From Octopus sinensis (Eukaryota), in the NCBI RefSeq assembly GCF_006345805.1, contig NC_043003.1, positions 38,316,001-38,380,000 on the forward strand: 64,000 nucleotides of DNA. The letters are read 5' to 3'. The position numbers and the translations under genes were made by a program. Shown piece after piece: positions 1 through 11,582 of this stretch. Each line of letters opens with the position of its first letter. Within the stretch, counting starts at the first letter, position 1. The notes under the pieces are model-generated. The model did not search any database. It saw only the letters and a program-made list of their open reading frames with translations, and had not been told where the DNA came from.

Positions 1-187
1 TCTCCGCTTATAAACTTCGTGGAGTATATATAAAATTTGTGTAGATCCTAAATAGCTACACACACATGTATACAAACATATGCATATATATATATATATA
101 TATATATACACCTATACACACATATTCTAATGCATATGCATATATGTGTATATATTTATAATGTGTGTGTATTATAGATGCATACAT

Positions 188-221
<34 letters not shown>

Positions 222-1091
222 GTTTACATACAATATATATATGTTATATACATCTACATGTATATGTATGTATGAATATATAAGAACCACAGAATTTGAA
301 TCAAACTGTTTTGATCCATACATACACACACACACACACACCAACACTACCATCCATGAGACATCCTAACATAATCAATGCTACTACTACTACTATCATC
401 ATCATTATCATCATCATCCACTGCCGCCACCACCACCACCTCACAAAAAACCAAACACTATAATTGCTGCCATCGTACACATCCACTGTCACCACTACCA
501 CCACTGCCATGATAACCACATCTACCACAGCTGTTTGCTTACTGCTTACCCACTCACAAAATAGCTATCTACGTCACATTAACACTATGCAGCTAATAAT
601 TTCAAATGAAAACAGACAATATGATTGGCTAAGGATAGAATAAGTACTGGGCTTACAAAAAGAATAAGTCCGGGGTCGAGTTGCTCGATTAAAGGCGATG
701 CTCCAGCATGGCCGCGGTCAAGAGTAACATTAAAAGTAAAATATGTTTTATATGACACATTAGGGTTAGGGTTAGTGTCCGAAGGTTGAAAGTGTTTAGT
801 TACAAAAAATATATTTCTCGATCTGCCGTTGAAAGGGTAAAGATCCCTTATATTATTTATTTAAACCCTTTACAAACTAGAAGGGTTATGGGTCAAGAGG
901 AAAATACATCAATCAAATGTTGGGAAGGCCATCGGTTGAATAAAACAACATTGTTCCTCAACAGAACAATAAGGCTCTATAGTTAGGGGGAAATTTACCC
1001 ATTCAGTTTCAAAACTCAGGTGGAGCCAAAAGAGGTCTCTACATATACATACGTATACACACACACACACATACATACATACATACATACA

Positions 1092-1124
<33 letters not shown>

Positions 1125-1141
1125 CCAGACAACTTCAGCTT

Positions 1142-1177
<36 letters not shown>

Positions 1178-1184
1178 ATATGTA

Positions 1185-2029
1185 CTAGCAGAATTGCCCG
1201 GCGTTGCTCGGGGCTGAATTGCTTGAAAGTACTGTTAATGATTGCACTGAATTATGATGATTATTCAGGCAAATATTAATATAAGTTTACGGTGGGAGAT
1301 AAGGACTTAACGATCAAACGTGTGCCATTGCATTTTTTGGGGAACCAAATTTCTGATGAGCATTATAGGGGCACCAACTTTAAGTTTGAGAAAGTGTGGT
1401 GGTAGTCCGGGGTGCTCAAAGGAATTGAGTACCTCTATTGGATAGTTGATGACGTCCTCTGGGTCAGGAGTTGTATCGATAGACTGATATACATAGACTT
1501 CCCCAGGAATGAGTTTTAGCATTTCATCATTAATATGGTGAACAGTTTTATTCCTCGGGGCCAGTATAGCCTTTTTGCCAATCCAATCCATATTCTGATA
1601 ATTAGCTTGTAGATCTGGGAACACTGCATCTCTGAGATCAGGAGGCGTCTTAACAATGGTACAAATGGAATCGATGGCAATATTACCATTTTCATACCCT
1701 GGTATTTTGCCTTCGCCAAGTGCAAGGAGGGTGTGAGGAAATGCTGCTGATGTGATATTACGTCGCATATGAGCACGCATATTGGTGTGAAGTTTGAGTG
1801 TTACTTCCCTTTATTTAAAAAAATATGCATTAAAATGGAAAAAAATGATGGTAAATTATTTTTAAAATCGTAGACTCATCGTAGACGCGCGCTAATACCC
1901 AGAAGGGCTCGATATGAATCACGACTATAAGATACCCGGTTTTGGTTAAACTGCATCGCAAAATGTGGGAGTAGTTAGGAATCTAAATCGGAGTAGACAG
2001 ACACACAACCTTTCTTTTATATATAAAGA
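1185..2029 (-). mobile_element. Internally deleted Helitron carrying a PIF1-like helicase fragment (ORF 1307-1780)
   Basis: 5' A|TC at 2029. 3' hairpin CCCGAGCAACGCCGGG followed by CTAG|T at 1188-1185. Peptide AILAPRN...HINDEML...YPIEVLNS...GLPPHFLKLKVGAPIMLIRNL is typical of a Helitron helicase. Confidence 0.92.
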
Positions 2030-2310
2030 TTTTCGTCCGTCCTAAAAAACTTTGTGCGGAGTGAATGGTTACCTCTATGGAAATATATACACACACTATA
2101 CATACATGTGTGTATAGATGAATATAAAATACATTTAAATATCGATATACACTTTTGGGCGATCTTTCTGCTACTTGGATATACTTTAGATCTTATATTC
2201 GTCCAATTCGTCCTAAATAACTTTGTATGGAGTGAATGGTTACCTCTATGGAAATATATACACACACATTATACATACATGTGTGTGTCTATATACACTT
2301 TTGGGCGACT
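2030..2310. repeat. Tandem duplication of an approximately 175-bp unit (TTCGTCCTAAA...GGAGTGAATGGTTACCTCTATGG...)
   Basis: Repeat starts near 2032 and 2207. Confidence 0.75.
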
Positions 2311-2343
2311 GCTACTTAGAGATAACTTTAGATGTTAGGTGAT

Positions 2344-3126
2344 CTAGCAAAAAGGATGACCAGTTTGACTTGCTCATCCCTGTCATACACTCACACACAC
2401 GCACACACATACACAGACACACACACACCCTCACACACACACAGACGCACACACAGACGCACACACACACACTCACACACACGCACACACACACACACAC
2501 ACGTTAGCTTACAATTTTATTTATATATTTGCGTGTCTACGTGTGTAAAGAGGAAGTGGGAGTAATACGCAGAGTGAAATGTTAAAATATTAAGTTTTCT
2601 CGAATTTTGTCTTAATTGGGGGTAAAATTGAAAGAAATTTTGTATGGCATGACTCAATGAAAGTACTTTGAAAAATCATGGGTAAACTCTAATTGAAGAA
2701 ATTGTGTGAGGAGTAAATCGTTATGTATTTATTTGTTTCTGTTTGCTGTGTTTTTTTTTTTAGTAGTGGTTTAAGGTACACTTCTCTCGTTTTATAGAAA
2801 TAGTTTCACTTTAATCGTTGCACACTTGCAAAGAGAAAGGAGTAGAAATTAGAGTGATAGCGTGAGTGAATCAGATCGCTCCGTTTTTGTGTGTGTGTGT
2901 GTGCGCGTGTGCTCTAGCCCACAATAAGAAAAGCACTTGACTTACACACCACAATGTGAGTTTTCTCTAAATTTTGCTTAATTGGGGTTGAAATTTTAAA
3001 AACTGGACCTGGCATGACCCGATGCATTCTACTCTTAAAAATGCTAGGTAAATTGTAATTGAAGAAATCCTATATTGTAGATTTCTATAAGAGACAAAGG
3101 GAGGCAGATAAAATCTGCCTTTTATA

Positions 3127-3130
<4 letters not shown>
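2344..3130 (-). mobile_element. Non-autonomous Helitron-like element, second family (related copies about 4660-5133 and 12260-12725)
   Basis: 3' hairpin GGATGAGCA...TGGTCATCC followed by CTAG at 2347-2344. 5' end TTATTATAAAAGGCAGATTTTATCTGCC. Shared body with the other copies. Confidence 0.65.
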
Positions 3131-3191
<61 letters not shown>

Positions 3192-3192
<1 letters not shown>

Positions 3193-3586
3193 TAGCAGTA
3201 TCGCCCGGCGTTGCTCGGGTTTGTAAGGGAAATAATTATATAAGCATTTTTAGAGATGTAAAGTATAATAGCCATCTCAATATGGCTAACCACAAAGGGG
3301 GAGGGGTGTTACTGTAGCTTTTTACGTTCTGAGATTTAATAATAAATTTTAGAGAGTTACTTCCCTTATATATGTCAAAAATGGATTAAAAATGGGAAAA
3401 ATTGATGGTAAATTTTTTTTAAAATCGTAGACTCATCGTAGACGCGCGCTAATACCCAGAAGGGCTCGATATGAATCACGACTATAAGATACCCGGTTTT
3501 GGTTAAACTGCACCGCAAAATGTGGGAGTAGTTAGGAATCTAAATCGTAGGAGACAGACACACAACCTCACTTTTATATATAAAGA
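3192..3586 (-). mobile_element. Non-autonomous Helitron (about 400 bp)
   Basis: TC 5' end, CCCGAGCAACGCCGGG hairpin, CTAG 3' end. Same termini as 1185-2029. Confidence 0.88.
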
Positions 3587-4369
3587 TTTCCTCTATTTAC
3601 ATAATATTGAGGTCTCTTTCTTTCTTTTGTTATCTTACTGTTTTTACCAATATACATATATATATATATATATAAATATATATATAGTTACAGAGATGTA
3701 CTTGCATAGCAAGTGACTTGATCTGAGATCGTGTGCTGGAACGAAAACAGTTGCAGCGTTGAAGGTGTTTATAAGCCATTTAAGAAACAACAAAAAACCG
3801 TTAGATTCACTTCAACATTTAAATTTAATTTGTCAAAATATTTTCGTCGCTTTGAGACCGCGACCTGTTAGCACGATATTTTTGTCAGTGAACAGGTCGC
3901 GGTCTCAAAGCGACGAAAATATTTTGGCAAATTAAATTTAAATGTTGAAGTGAATGTAACGGTTTTTGTGTGTTTCTTAAATGGCTTACAAACACCTTCC
4001 ACGCTGCAATATATATACACACACAACATATATATGTATGTATGTATGTATGTGTGTATATGTGTATGCATGTATGTGTGTGTGTGTGCGTGTCTGTGCT
4101 TGTGATTGTCCTCCACCACTGCTTGACAACGAATGTTGGTTTGTTTACATCCCTGTCACCTAGTGGTTTGACAAAGGAAACAGAATGTACAATAAGTACA
4201 ATGCTTAAAAAAATAAAACTGGAGTTGATTCATTAAACTACAATTCTTCAAGGCATTGCCCCAGCATGGCCACAGACCAATGGCTGGAAAAAGCAGAAGA
4301 ATAAAAAATACATTCTCTGCTTTGGTCTTATGTTCAAGGCATGAGAAAGCTTGAGTTTACATGAGAAGG

Positions 4370-4640
4370 CCTAACAGACCTGGTAGAAACAGCAGCCAAA
4401 TCTCCCTCAAATCACACCTTACTGTCTTATGTATGTATATATATATGAGCCAATGAGGGGGACCTCTACATGGTAGCTAGACCTGGTAGAAATAGCAGCC
4501 AAATTTCCCCTAAATCACACCTTACTGTCTTATCTATGTATATATGTATGTATGAGCCTATGAGGGGACCCCTACATGGCAGCTAGACATGGTAGAAATA
4601 GCCGCCAAATCTCCTCAAATCACACCTTACTGTCTACTTG
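4370..4640. repeat. Three copies of an approximately 110-bp repeat (CTGGTAGAAATAGCAGCCAAAT...CACACCTTACTGTC); also about 11950-12215
   Basis: Direct repetition is visible. Confidence 0.8.
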
Positions 4641-6104
4641 CCATATAGGTCTTATTCGTCGTAAAAAACTTTCCTGTCACACACTCACGCACACGGCACA
4701 CACACAACACAGACGCACCCTCACACACACACACACGCGCACACCACACACCCACACTCACACACACGCACGTTAGCTTACAATTTTATTTATATATTTG
4801 CGTGTCTATGTGAAAGAGGAAGTGGGAGGCAGAGTGAAAGAATCACTCACTACAGTAAGTGAATTAGTTCCATTTTATTCGTTGCCCACTGTGTGTGTGC
4901 GTTTGCGTGTGGTGTAACCAGACTAAGAAAAGCATTTGACACACACACCAGAATGTGAGTTTTCTGTAAATTTTGCTTAATTGGAGTTTAAATTTTGAAA
5001 ACTGGACCTGGCATGACGCGATGCATTGTACTCTTAAAAATGCTAGGTAAATTGTAATTGAAGAAATCCTATATTGTAGATTTCTATAACTCCCAAAGGG
5101 AGGCAGATAAAATCTGCCTTTTATAATAAGAGATATATACCGCTTGGATCGCTTTCAATGCCACTACGTCCCGTCCGATTCGCTCCAAAATTACAGGGAC
5201 ATGTAGAAATAGGTGACGAAGCTCGTGAGCTACCTTAGAAATCCATATCTTAAAAGGTGTGGTTGCTAGGGGCCTCTTCCTTCCTCACTCACGCTATTTC
5301 CTCCAGTACCCTCTCACTCCCCTTTATTTATAACTTTGATAGATCCACTACCGTTATTTAAAATATCTGTCACTCTCGCTATTTCCTCTCTTTTTCACTC
5401 ACTCTGTTTCTACCTTCCCATTACATACATCGGCGTTCTTTTACGTATCTGTCTGTCACCAACAACACACGAACATGAGAACAAATATTAAATCAGATAT
5501 TCTTGCGTTCATTTATATGTATGTGTGTGTGTGTGTTCTATATATAAATATGTATATATAATGTATGTGTGTGTGTGTGTGTGTGTGTTCTATATATGAA
5601 TATGTATATATAATGTATGTGTGTGTGTGTGTTCTATATAAATATGTATATATAAGTATGTGTGTGTGTGTGGGTTCTATATATAATATGTATATATAAT
5701 GTATATATACAAAGTGTATATATCTGTAGTTATGTATATTAAACTTTCTCATACTTTTTCATAGTTATATATATTTTAAAACAAAAATAAATTATAATTT
5801 AATAATTTTTATTTTCAATTTAATTTAAATTTTTCAATTTTATATTTTCTATATTATATTTTTTTTTTTTTTTTGTTGTTTTTGGTTTTTCACTGTTTGA
5901 TTTGCCTAAAAATTCCATTTTCACTTTTATGATTATACCCAGAGTGCTCTAATCGAATATGACCTGTCTTCCATTGGCGGACGTTTGTCTTTTTTATTTT
6001 TGAAACGAACACATTGCCTCTTTCATTTTAAAACAATAAAACAATACTACCTTAATACATTGGTCCAACAAACAAAACATCACCCACTCTCATTCTTTTA
6101 TGTA

Positions 6105-6716
6105 TCTGAGAATGTGTGTCTGTCTGTCTGTGTGTTTCCCTAAAACTTGAGAACTACACAACCAATTTCATTCAAATTTTACACATGACTTACTTAGGGT
6201 ATAAGGAGTGTGTTGAGCTGGGCTCTGGGCGCCATTGGCTTACTGTCCCGGCTACGAGACCACAGGAGCTATGCGACCACAGTGACGCGCTATGCAGCAC
6301 AGACCACAGTTAGCGCTATGCGACCAGACTCGCTCTGGCGCATTGGGCTCACTGTCCACGGCTACGAGACCACAGTGAGCGCTATGGCGACCAGAGCTCG
6401 CTCTGGTCGCCACAGCTTCACGAGGGAGGGAAGAAGGGGGAGAAGCAACACAGGTGCAGGCGTGAGCATGGACGCCAACTCCGCCGCCATCGACACACGA
6501 AAAAATATGCGTTAAAATGGAAAAAAATGATGTTAAATTATTTTCAAAATCGTAGACTCATCGTAGACGCGCGCTAATACCCAGAAGGGCTCGATATGAA
6601 TCACGACTATAAGATACCCGAATTTGGTTAACTGCACCACGCAAAATGTGGGAGTAGTTAGGAATCTAAATCGTAGGAGACAGACACTCACACAACTACA
6701 GTTTTATATATATAGA
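6105..6716. mobile_element. Composite Helitron-derived unit with two inward-facing 5' ends and a GC-rich 70-bp repeat (copies 13697-14275, 14782-15354)
   Basis: Left end A|TCTGAGAATGTGTGTCTGTC on +, related to the 5' end at about 26150-26225 on -. Right end TCTATATATATAAAACTGTAG on -. No CTAG end. Confidence 0.6.
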
Positions 6717-7111
6717 TATGTATATATAATGTATGTGTGTGTTCTATATATAAATATGTATATATAATGTATGTGTGTGTGTGTGTGTTCTATATATAAA
6801 TATGTATATATAATGTATATATACAAAGTGTATATATCTTTATTTATGTATATTAAACTTTTTCATACTTTTTCATAGTTATATATATTTTTAAACAAAT
6901 TATAATATAATTTAATAATTTTTATTTTCAATTTAAATAATTTAAATTTTTCATTTTATATTTTATATATTTTCTATATTATATTTTTTTTTAATGTTTT
7001 TGTGTTTGGTTTTTCACTGTTTGATTTGCCTATTAGTGGTTTTATCTCTAATTTAATTTATACAGATATATCTCATTTGTATACATTTGTATTATAATGC
7101 GTGCACACACA

Positions 7112-7149
<38 letters not shown>

Positions 7150-7151
7150 AC

Positions 7152-7225
<74 letters not shown>

Positions 7226-8119
7226 GTGCATTACGTAGTCGGTCGATTCAGCTGAAAATATGCATACCTATGTTAAAAGTGCTAGCAAGTTTGCATGACA
7301 ACTATTTTTTTCTTGAAATGAAAGGCGTCACCTCTAGGACAAAATTCCTCATCTTATAAAATGTGGCCCCAGTAGACCCGAATGAAATCGGGTTATGTTA
7401 ACCAAAATGTGAAAAGGGGTCTAAATGGGGCTGGAATGGGATTAAAATTTAAAGGAGCGGGTGTTTAGGAATTCTCTGTTACATCAAGCTAAAAAATTTG
7501 CGCCAGCCTTTTAATCGTCAATGTGTTACCGTCCATGATAAAGAGTCCATGATAAAGAGTCCATGGTGAGTCTACTGTCGTGAGAAAGAATCACTTCAAA
7601 ACTTGGTGTTTACGAATTTTCTTTTACATCAAGTTGAAAATTTTACGCCAGTCGTTAAACTGTCACTACGTTGCTGTCCGTCGTTAAGAAATGCCAGCCA
7701 TGGTGACTCTACTATCCTCAGATTCTATCCCTTCAAACTTTGGTTTCCAATATTTTATTATTTTTCTTCAGCTCGCAAGCCCGTCTGTCCCTTTTAAATG
7801 TTAGCATTTTGCTGTCTGCCTTGAAGCAGACTTTTCCATTATCACTGCCTCATATTTCTGATTGATCTTTCTAAATATTTTATTTCTCAACTTACTCAAG
7901 ATCTTCTGTTGTTTATAAATGGGAGAGAGATAGATAAAGATAGGGAGTAAGAGAAACCGAGGAAGAGTCCGAGAGATAAGAAAACTAAGAGAGTGGGAAA
8001 GTGAGAGAGAAAGGAGAGAGAAACAAATACGGAGAATCATCATCATCATCATCGTTTAACGTCCGTTTTCCGTGCTAGCAAGGGTTGGACAGTGTATACA
8101 TTGTATACATTTAATATAT

Positions 8120-8179
<60 letters not shown>

Positions 8180-8190
<11 letters not shown>

Positions 8191-9475
8191 CCCTAATGGG
8201 AGCCTTAAATCCCAAATTTTAGTAATTTCTTTTATGATCCAAAACTTGGTCAAAAGTACTGAATGGATCTTTATGAAATTTGGAAATTATATTCTATGCA
8301 TAAGGGCCATAACACCCATGACAATTCATATATTTTTGCTGTTTGAAATTTTAACCATAGACATTAGACACAAATGAAGTAATATCTATAAAATTTCATC
8401 TTACAAAGTTAGAAAGACCCCTCATGGGGACTTAACAACTACAATTTTGTCATTTATCTAAGCAAAAATGAATACAGTTGTGCTCTTGGAAGCTGTAGGG
8501 TTACCCGAGCATAAAAGATGAGCATTATTTGTAATTCAATGGTACAACAGTGTAACAGTTTGCTTTGACATACACACTGCATAAATTGTCAAGTAAATGA
8601 GAGGCATCTTTGCCTCCACTGATTCAGTTGCAAAGTGTAGAGTAAAATTTATTTGATTGCAGACCTCCTTTCAGTCTTTTTATTATCACTCGGTCACACA
8701 TAGTCCCCAGATGGTAACATTGATTTCAAGGCCTTCCCAGATGAGTGACTGGTTATTCGAAGACATTTATAGATTTTAAATTTATTCTGTCCAGTTACGT
8801 ATCAGTATAGTGGTCATTTGCAAACTACAGAGGTGACACTTTCATTTCTCCTTAGCTCTCACGTCAAACAGTTGTTAACGTTGATTTCAGTTGGGTCACG
8901 CCCTTCCAATTGCTATAGATTTGTAATGCATCTTACGGCTGTGCCTGTCACCTGGATGGTGAGGAATCCTACATTAGGAGTGGTAACGACTAGGGTAGGG
9001 TAACTGACTGCTTATTGTGATCATTCGTCTTTTGGTTTCCTGTAGCTTTGCTCTCTTTTACAAACCCAGTGAACATATATTTTCTATTTCAAAGAAATTC
9101 AAACAATAGATATAAGACCCAAGTTAAAAAGATTTTCAACAATTCAACTTCTCTGGTTGACATTAAGATGCCCACCCCCAACAGGGGCCTTAACTCTCAC
9201 ATTTTAGAGCTCCATGACCTTCATTTTTCAGGAACAAAATCATTTTAACAAGTTAAATAAGACTGGAATTTTGGAATATGCGCATAAAAATCAGGATTAT
9301 GGGATACATGTGGCACGATTACAATTTTTTAGGGTGTGTAAAGATTGAAATAACCCTCATCTGCAATTTTGATGAAATTCGAAACATAGATATTCCAGTT
9401 CATCACAGAAGATATAACAGAAAAGTCTAATTCTCCAATTGAATGTAATCGGGTAACGCCGGGTATCTCTGCTAG
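8180..9475 (+). mobile_element. 1.3-kb non-autonomous Helitron-like element (second copy about 16835-18127)
   Basis: 3' CGGGTAACGCCGGG hairpin followed by CTAG|T at 9472-75. The 5' end is blurred in (TA)n. Confidence 0.7.
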
Positions 9476-9545
9476 TTATATATAAATATAAAAAAGTAAA
9501 AGATATGCAATAAATATAAATATGTATATAAAAGTAAAAATGTAC

Positions 9546-9615
<70 letters not shown>

Positions 9616-9912
9616 TCTTTATTTTCTTTCTTTTATTCTTTTACTTGTTCGACCCGAACACTTCTTTAAAGTAATTCTATATATTTCGCAAGAAAGAACA
9701 ATAATATTATGTATATACATGCCACCATCGGGGGGACAAACACAAACACACACACAGTTTCCGTCTACCAAATTCACTCACAAGGCTTTGGTTGGCCTGA
9801 GGCTCTAGTAGAAGACCAAGGCGTCGCGTAATGGGGCTGAACCCAGAACCATGCAGTGGGTAAGCAGGCTACTTACCACACAGCCACTCATGCATATGTT
9901 ATGTGTGTGTGT

Positions 9913-9953
<41 letters not shown>

Positions 9954-10222
9954 GTGTGTTTGTGTGTGTCTGTGTGTAGTTTGACAAGTGTCAATGAACG
10001 AAACTCTCGCCCCCCGAGTCACTCTGTTGCTTCTGCTAAATATTGATAAACACATATATGACAAGCTTTTTCAGATTCCGTCAACCAAATCTACTCACAA
10101 GGGTTTAGTCGACCCAGCGCTATAGTAGAAACACCCGCTCAAAGTGCCACGCAGCTGGACTGAACCCGGAACAGCTTACAACACAGTCACGCCTGCTTCT
10201 ATTCACATATATACATGATATA

Positions 10223-10445
10223 TATTCTTTTGCTACCCACAAGGGGCTAAACATAGAGGGGACAAACAAGGACAGACAAACGGATTAAGTCGATTACATC
10301 GACCCAGTGCGAAACTGGTACTTTATTTATCGACCCCGAGAGGATGAAAGGCAAAGTCGACCTCGGCGGAATTTGAACTCAGAACGTAGACGAAATACTG
10401 CTAAGCATTTCGCCCGGCGTGCTAACGCTTCTGCCAGCTCGCCGC
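10223..10445 (-). mobile_element. tRNA-derived SINE with Meta/MESC-like central domain (copy about 18855-19075)
   Basis: Head GGCGGCGAGCTGGCAGAA (A box) and GAGTTCAAATTCC (B box). Central GGTCGACTTTGCCTTTCATCC...GGTCGATAAA. Domain name is from memory. Confidence 0.8.
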
Positions 10446-11130
10446 CTCTTGCATATAAATCTATGTGCGTATATAGACACAGTTATACATACACATACCT
10501 AGTCATGGATGGCTACACACACTAACACACACGTACACATACACATGCAAGTAGTCACACGAGTGTACACACAACCACACATACGCACGCACACACACAC
10601 ACACACCACAGACACACTCGCACGCACGCACATAATCTCCTTTCCTCTCACCCTTATTCTTCTAAGCAAACACACATCCACACACACATAGAAAGGCATG
10701 CATGCACGCAGACATAAGATTAATTCGCGGCCAAATTTCAGGGCAGACGTTGAAGAGAAAGGACAAGCTATTGAAAAGGTCGCGAAAAATAGCGACGAAC
10801 GGACTTTCACGAAGAAATAAAACTTTGATTGTTTAACCAAACAAACGATCGATTACGAAGTTGGTCAGATGTGTAACCATATCGTTATTGGCATAATGAC
10901 CCTCCCAAGAATCAACAAGATGTATGTGTGTATACGTGTGTGAGTGTGTGTGCGTATGTGTATATGTATGTGTGTGTGTGTATATGTATGTGTGTGTGTG
11001 TGGCAAAAACAGACCGATAGAATAAGTACTAGGCTTACAAAGAATAATCCCTAGAGTCGATTTGCTCGACTAAAGCAGTGCTCCAGCATGGCCAAAGTCA
11101 AATGACTGTAACAAATAAAAGAATAAAAGA

Positions 11131-11185
<55 letters not shown>

Positions 11186-11186
<1 letters not shown>

Positions 11187-11582
11187 TAGCAGTGTTGCCC
11201 GGCGTTGCTCGGGTTTGTAAGGGAAATAACTATATAAGCATTTTTAGAGATGTAAAGTATAATAGCCATCTCAATATGGCTAACCACAAATGGGGAGTGT
11301 TACTGTAGCTTTTTACATTCTGAGATTTAATAATACATTTTTAGAGAGTTACTTCCCTTATATAAACCGAGCGAAAATGCATTAAAAATGCGGAAAAAAT
11401 TATGGTAATTTTTTTTAAAATCGTAAACTCATCGTAGACGTGCGCTAATACCCAGAAGGGCTCGATATCAATCACGACTATAAGATACCCCGTTTTTGTT
11501 AAACTGCACCGCAAAATGAGGGAGTAGTTAGGAATCTAAATCGTAGGAGACAGACACACAACTTCACTTTTATATATAAAGA
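11186..11582 (-). mobile_element. Non-autonomous Helitron
   Basis: Same termini as 3192-3586. Confidence 0.88.

Noticed and set aside
760-775. TTAGGG telomere-like repeat
   Set aside because: Under three units. Common by chance or within TEs.
3879-3932. Hammerhead-like layout (stem, GTCGC/GCGAC hairpin, GAAA, AATATT) in the palindrome arm
   Set aside because: The core reads AGTGAACAG, not CUGANGA.
8600-9040. Complex interior of the 1.3-kb Helitron as a captured gene fragment
   Set aside because: The frames I translated have frequent stops and no recognisable protein.
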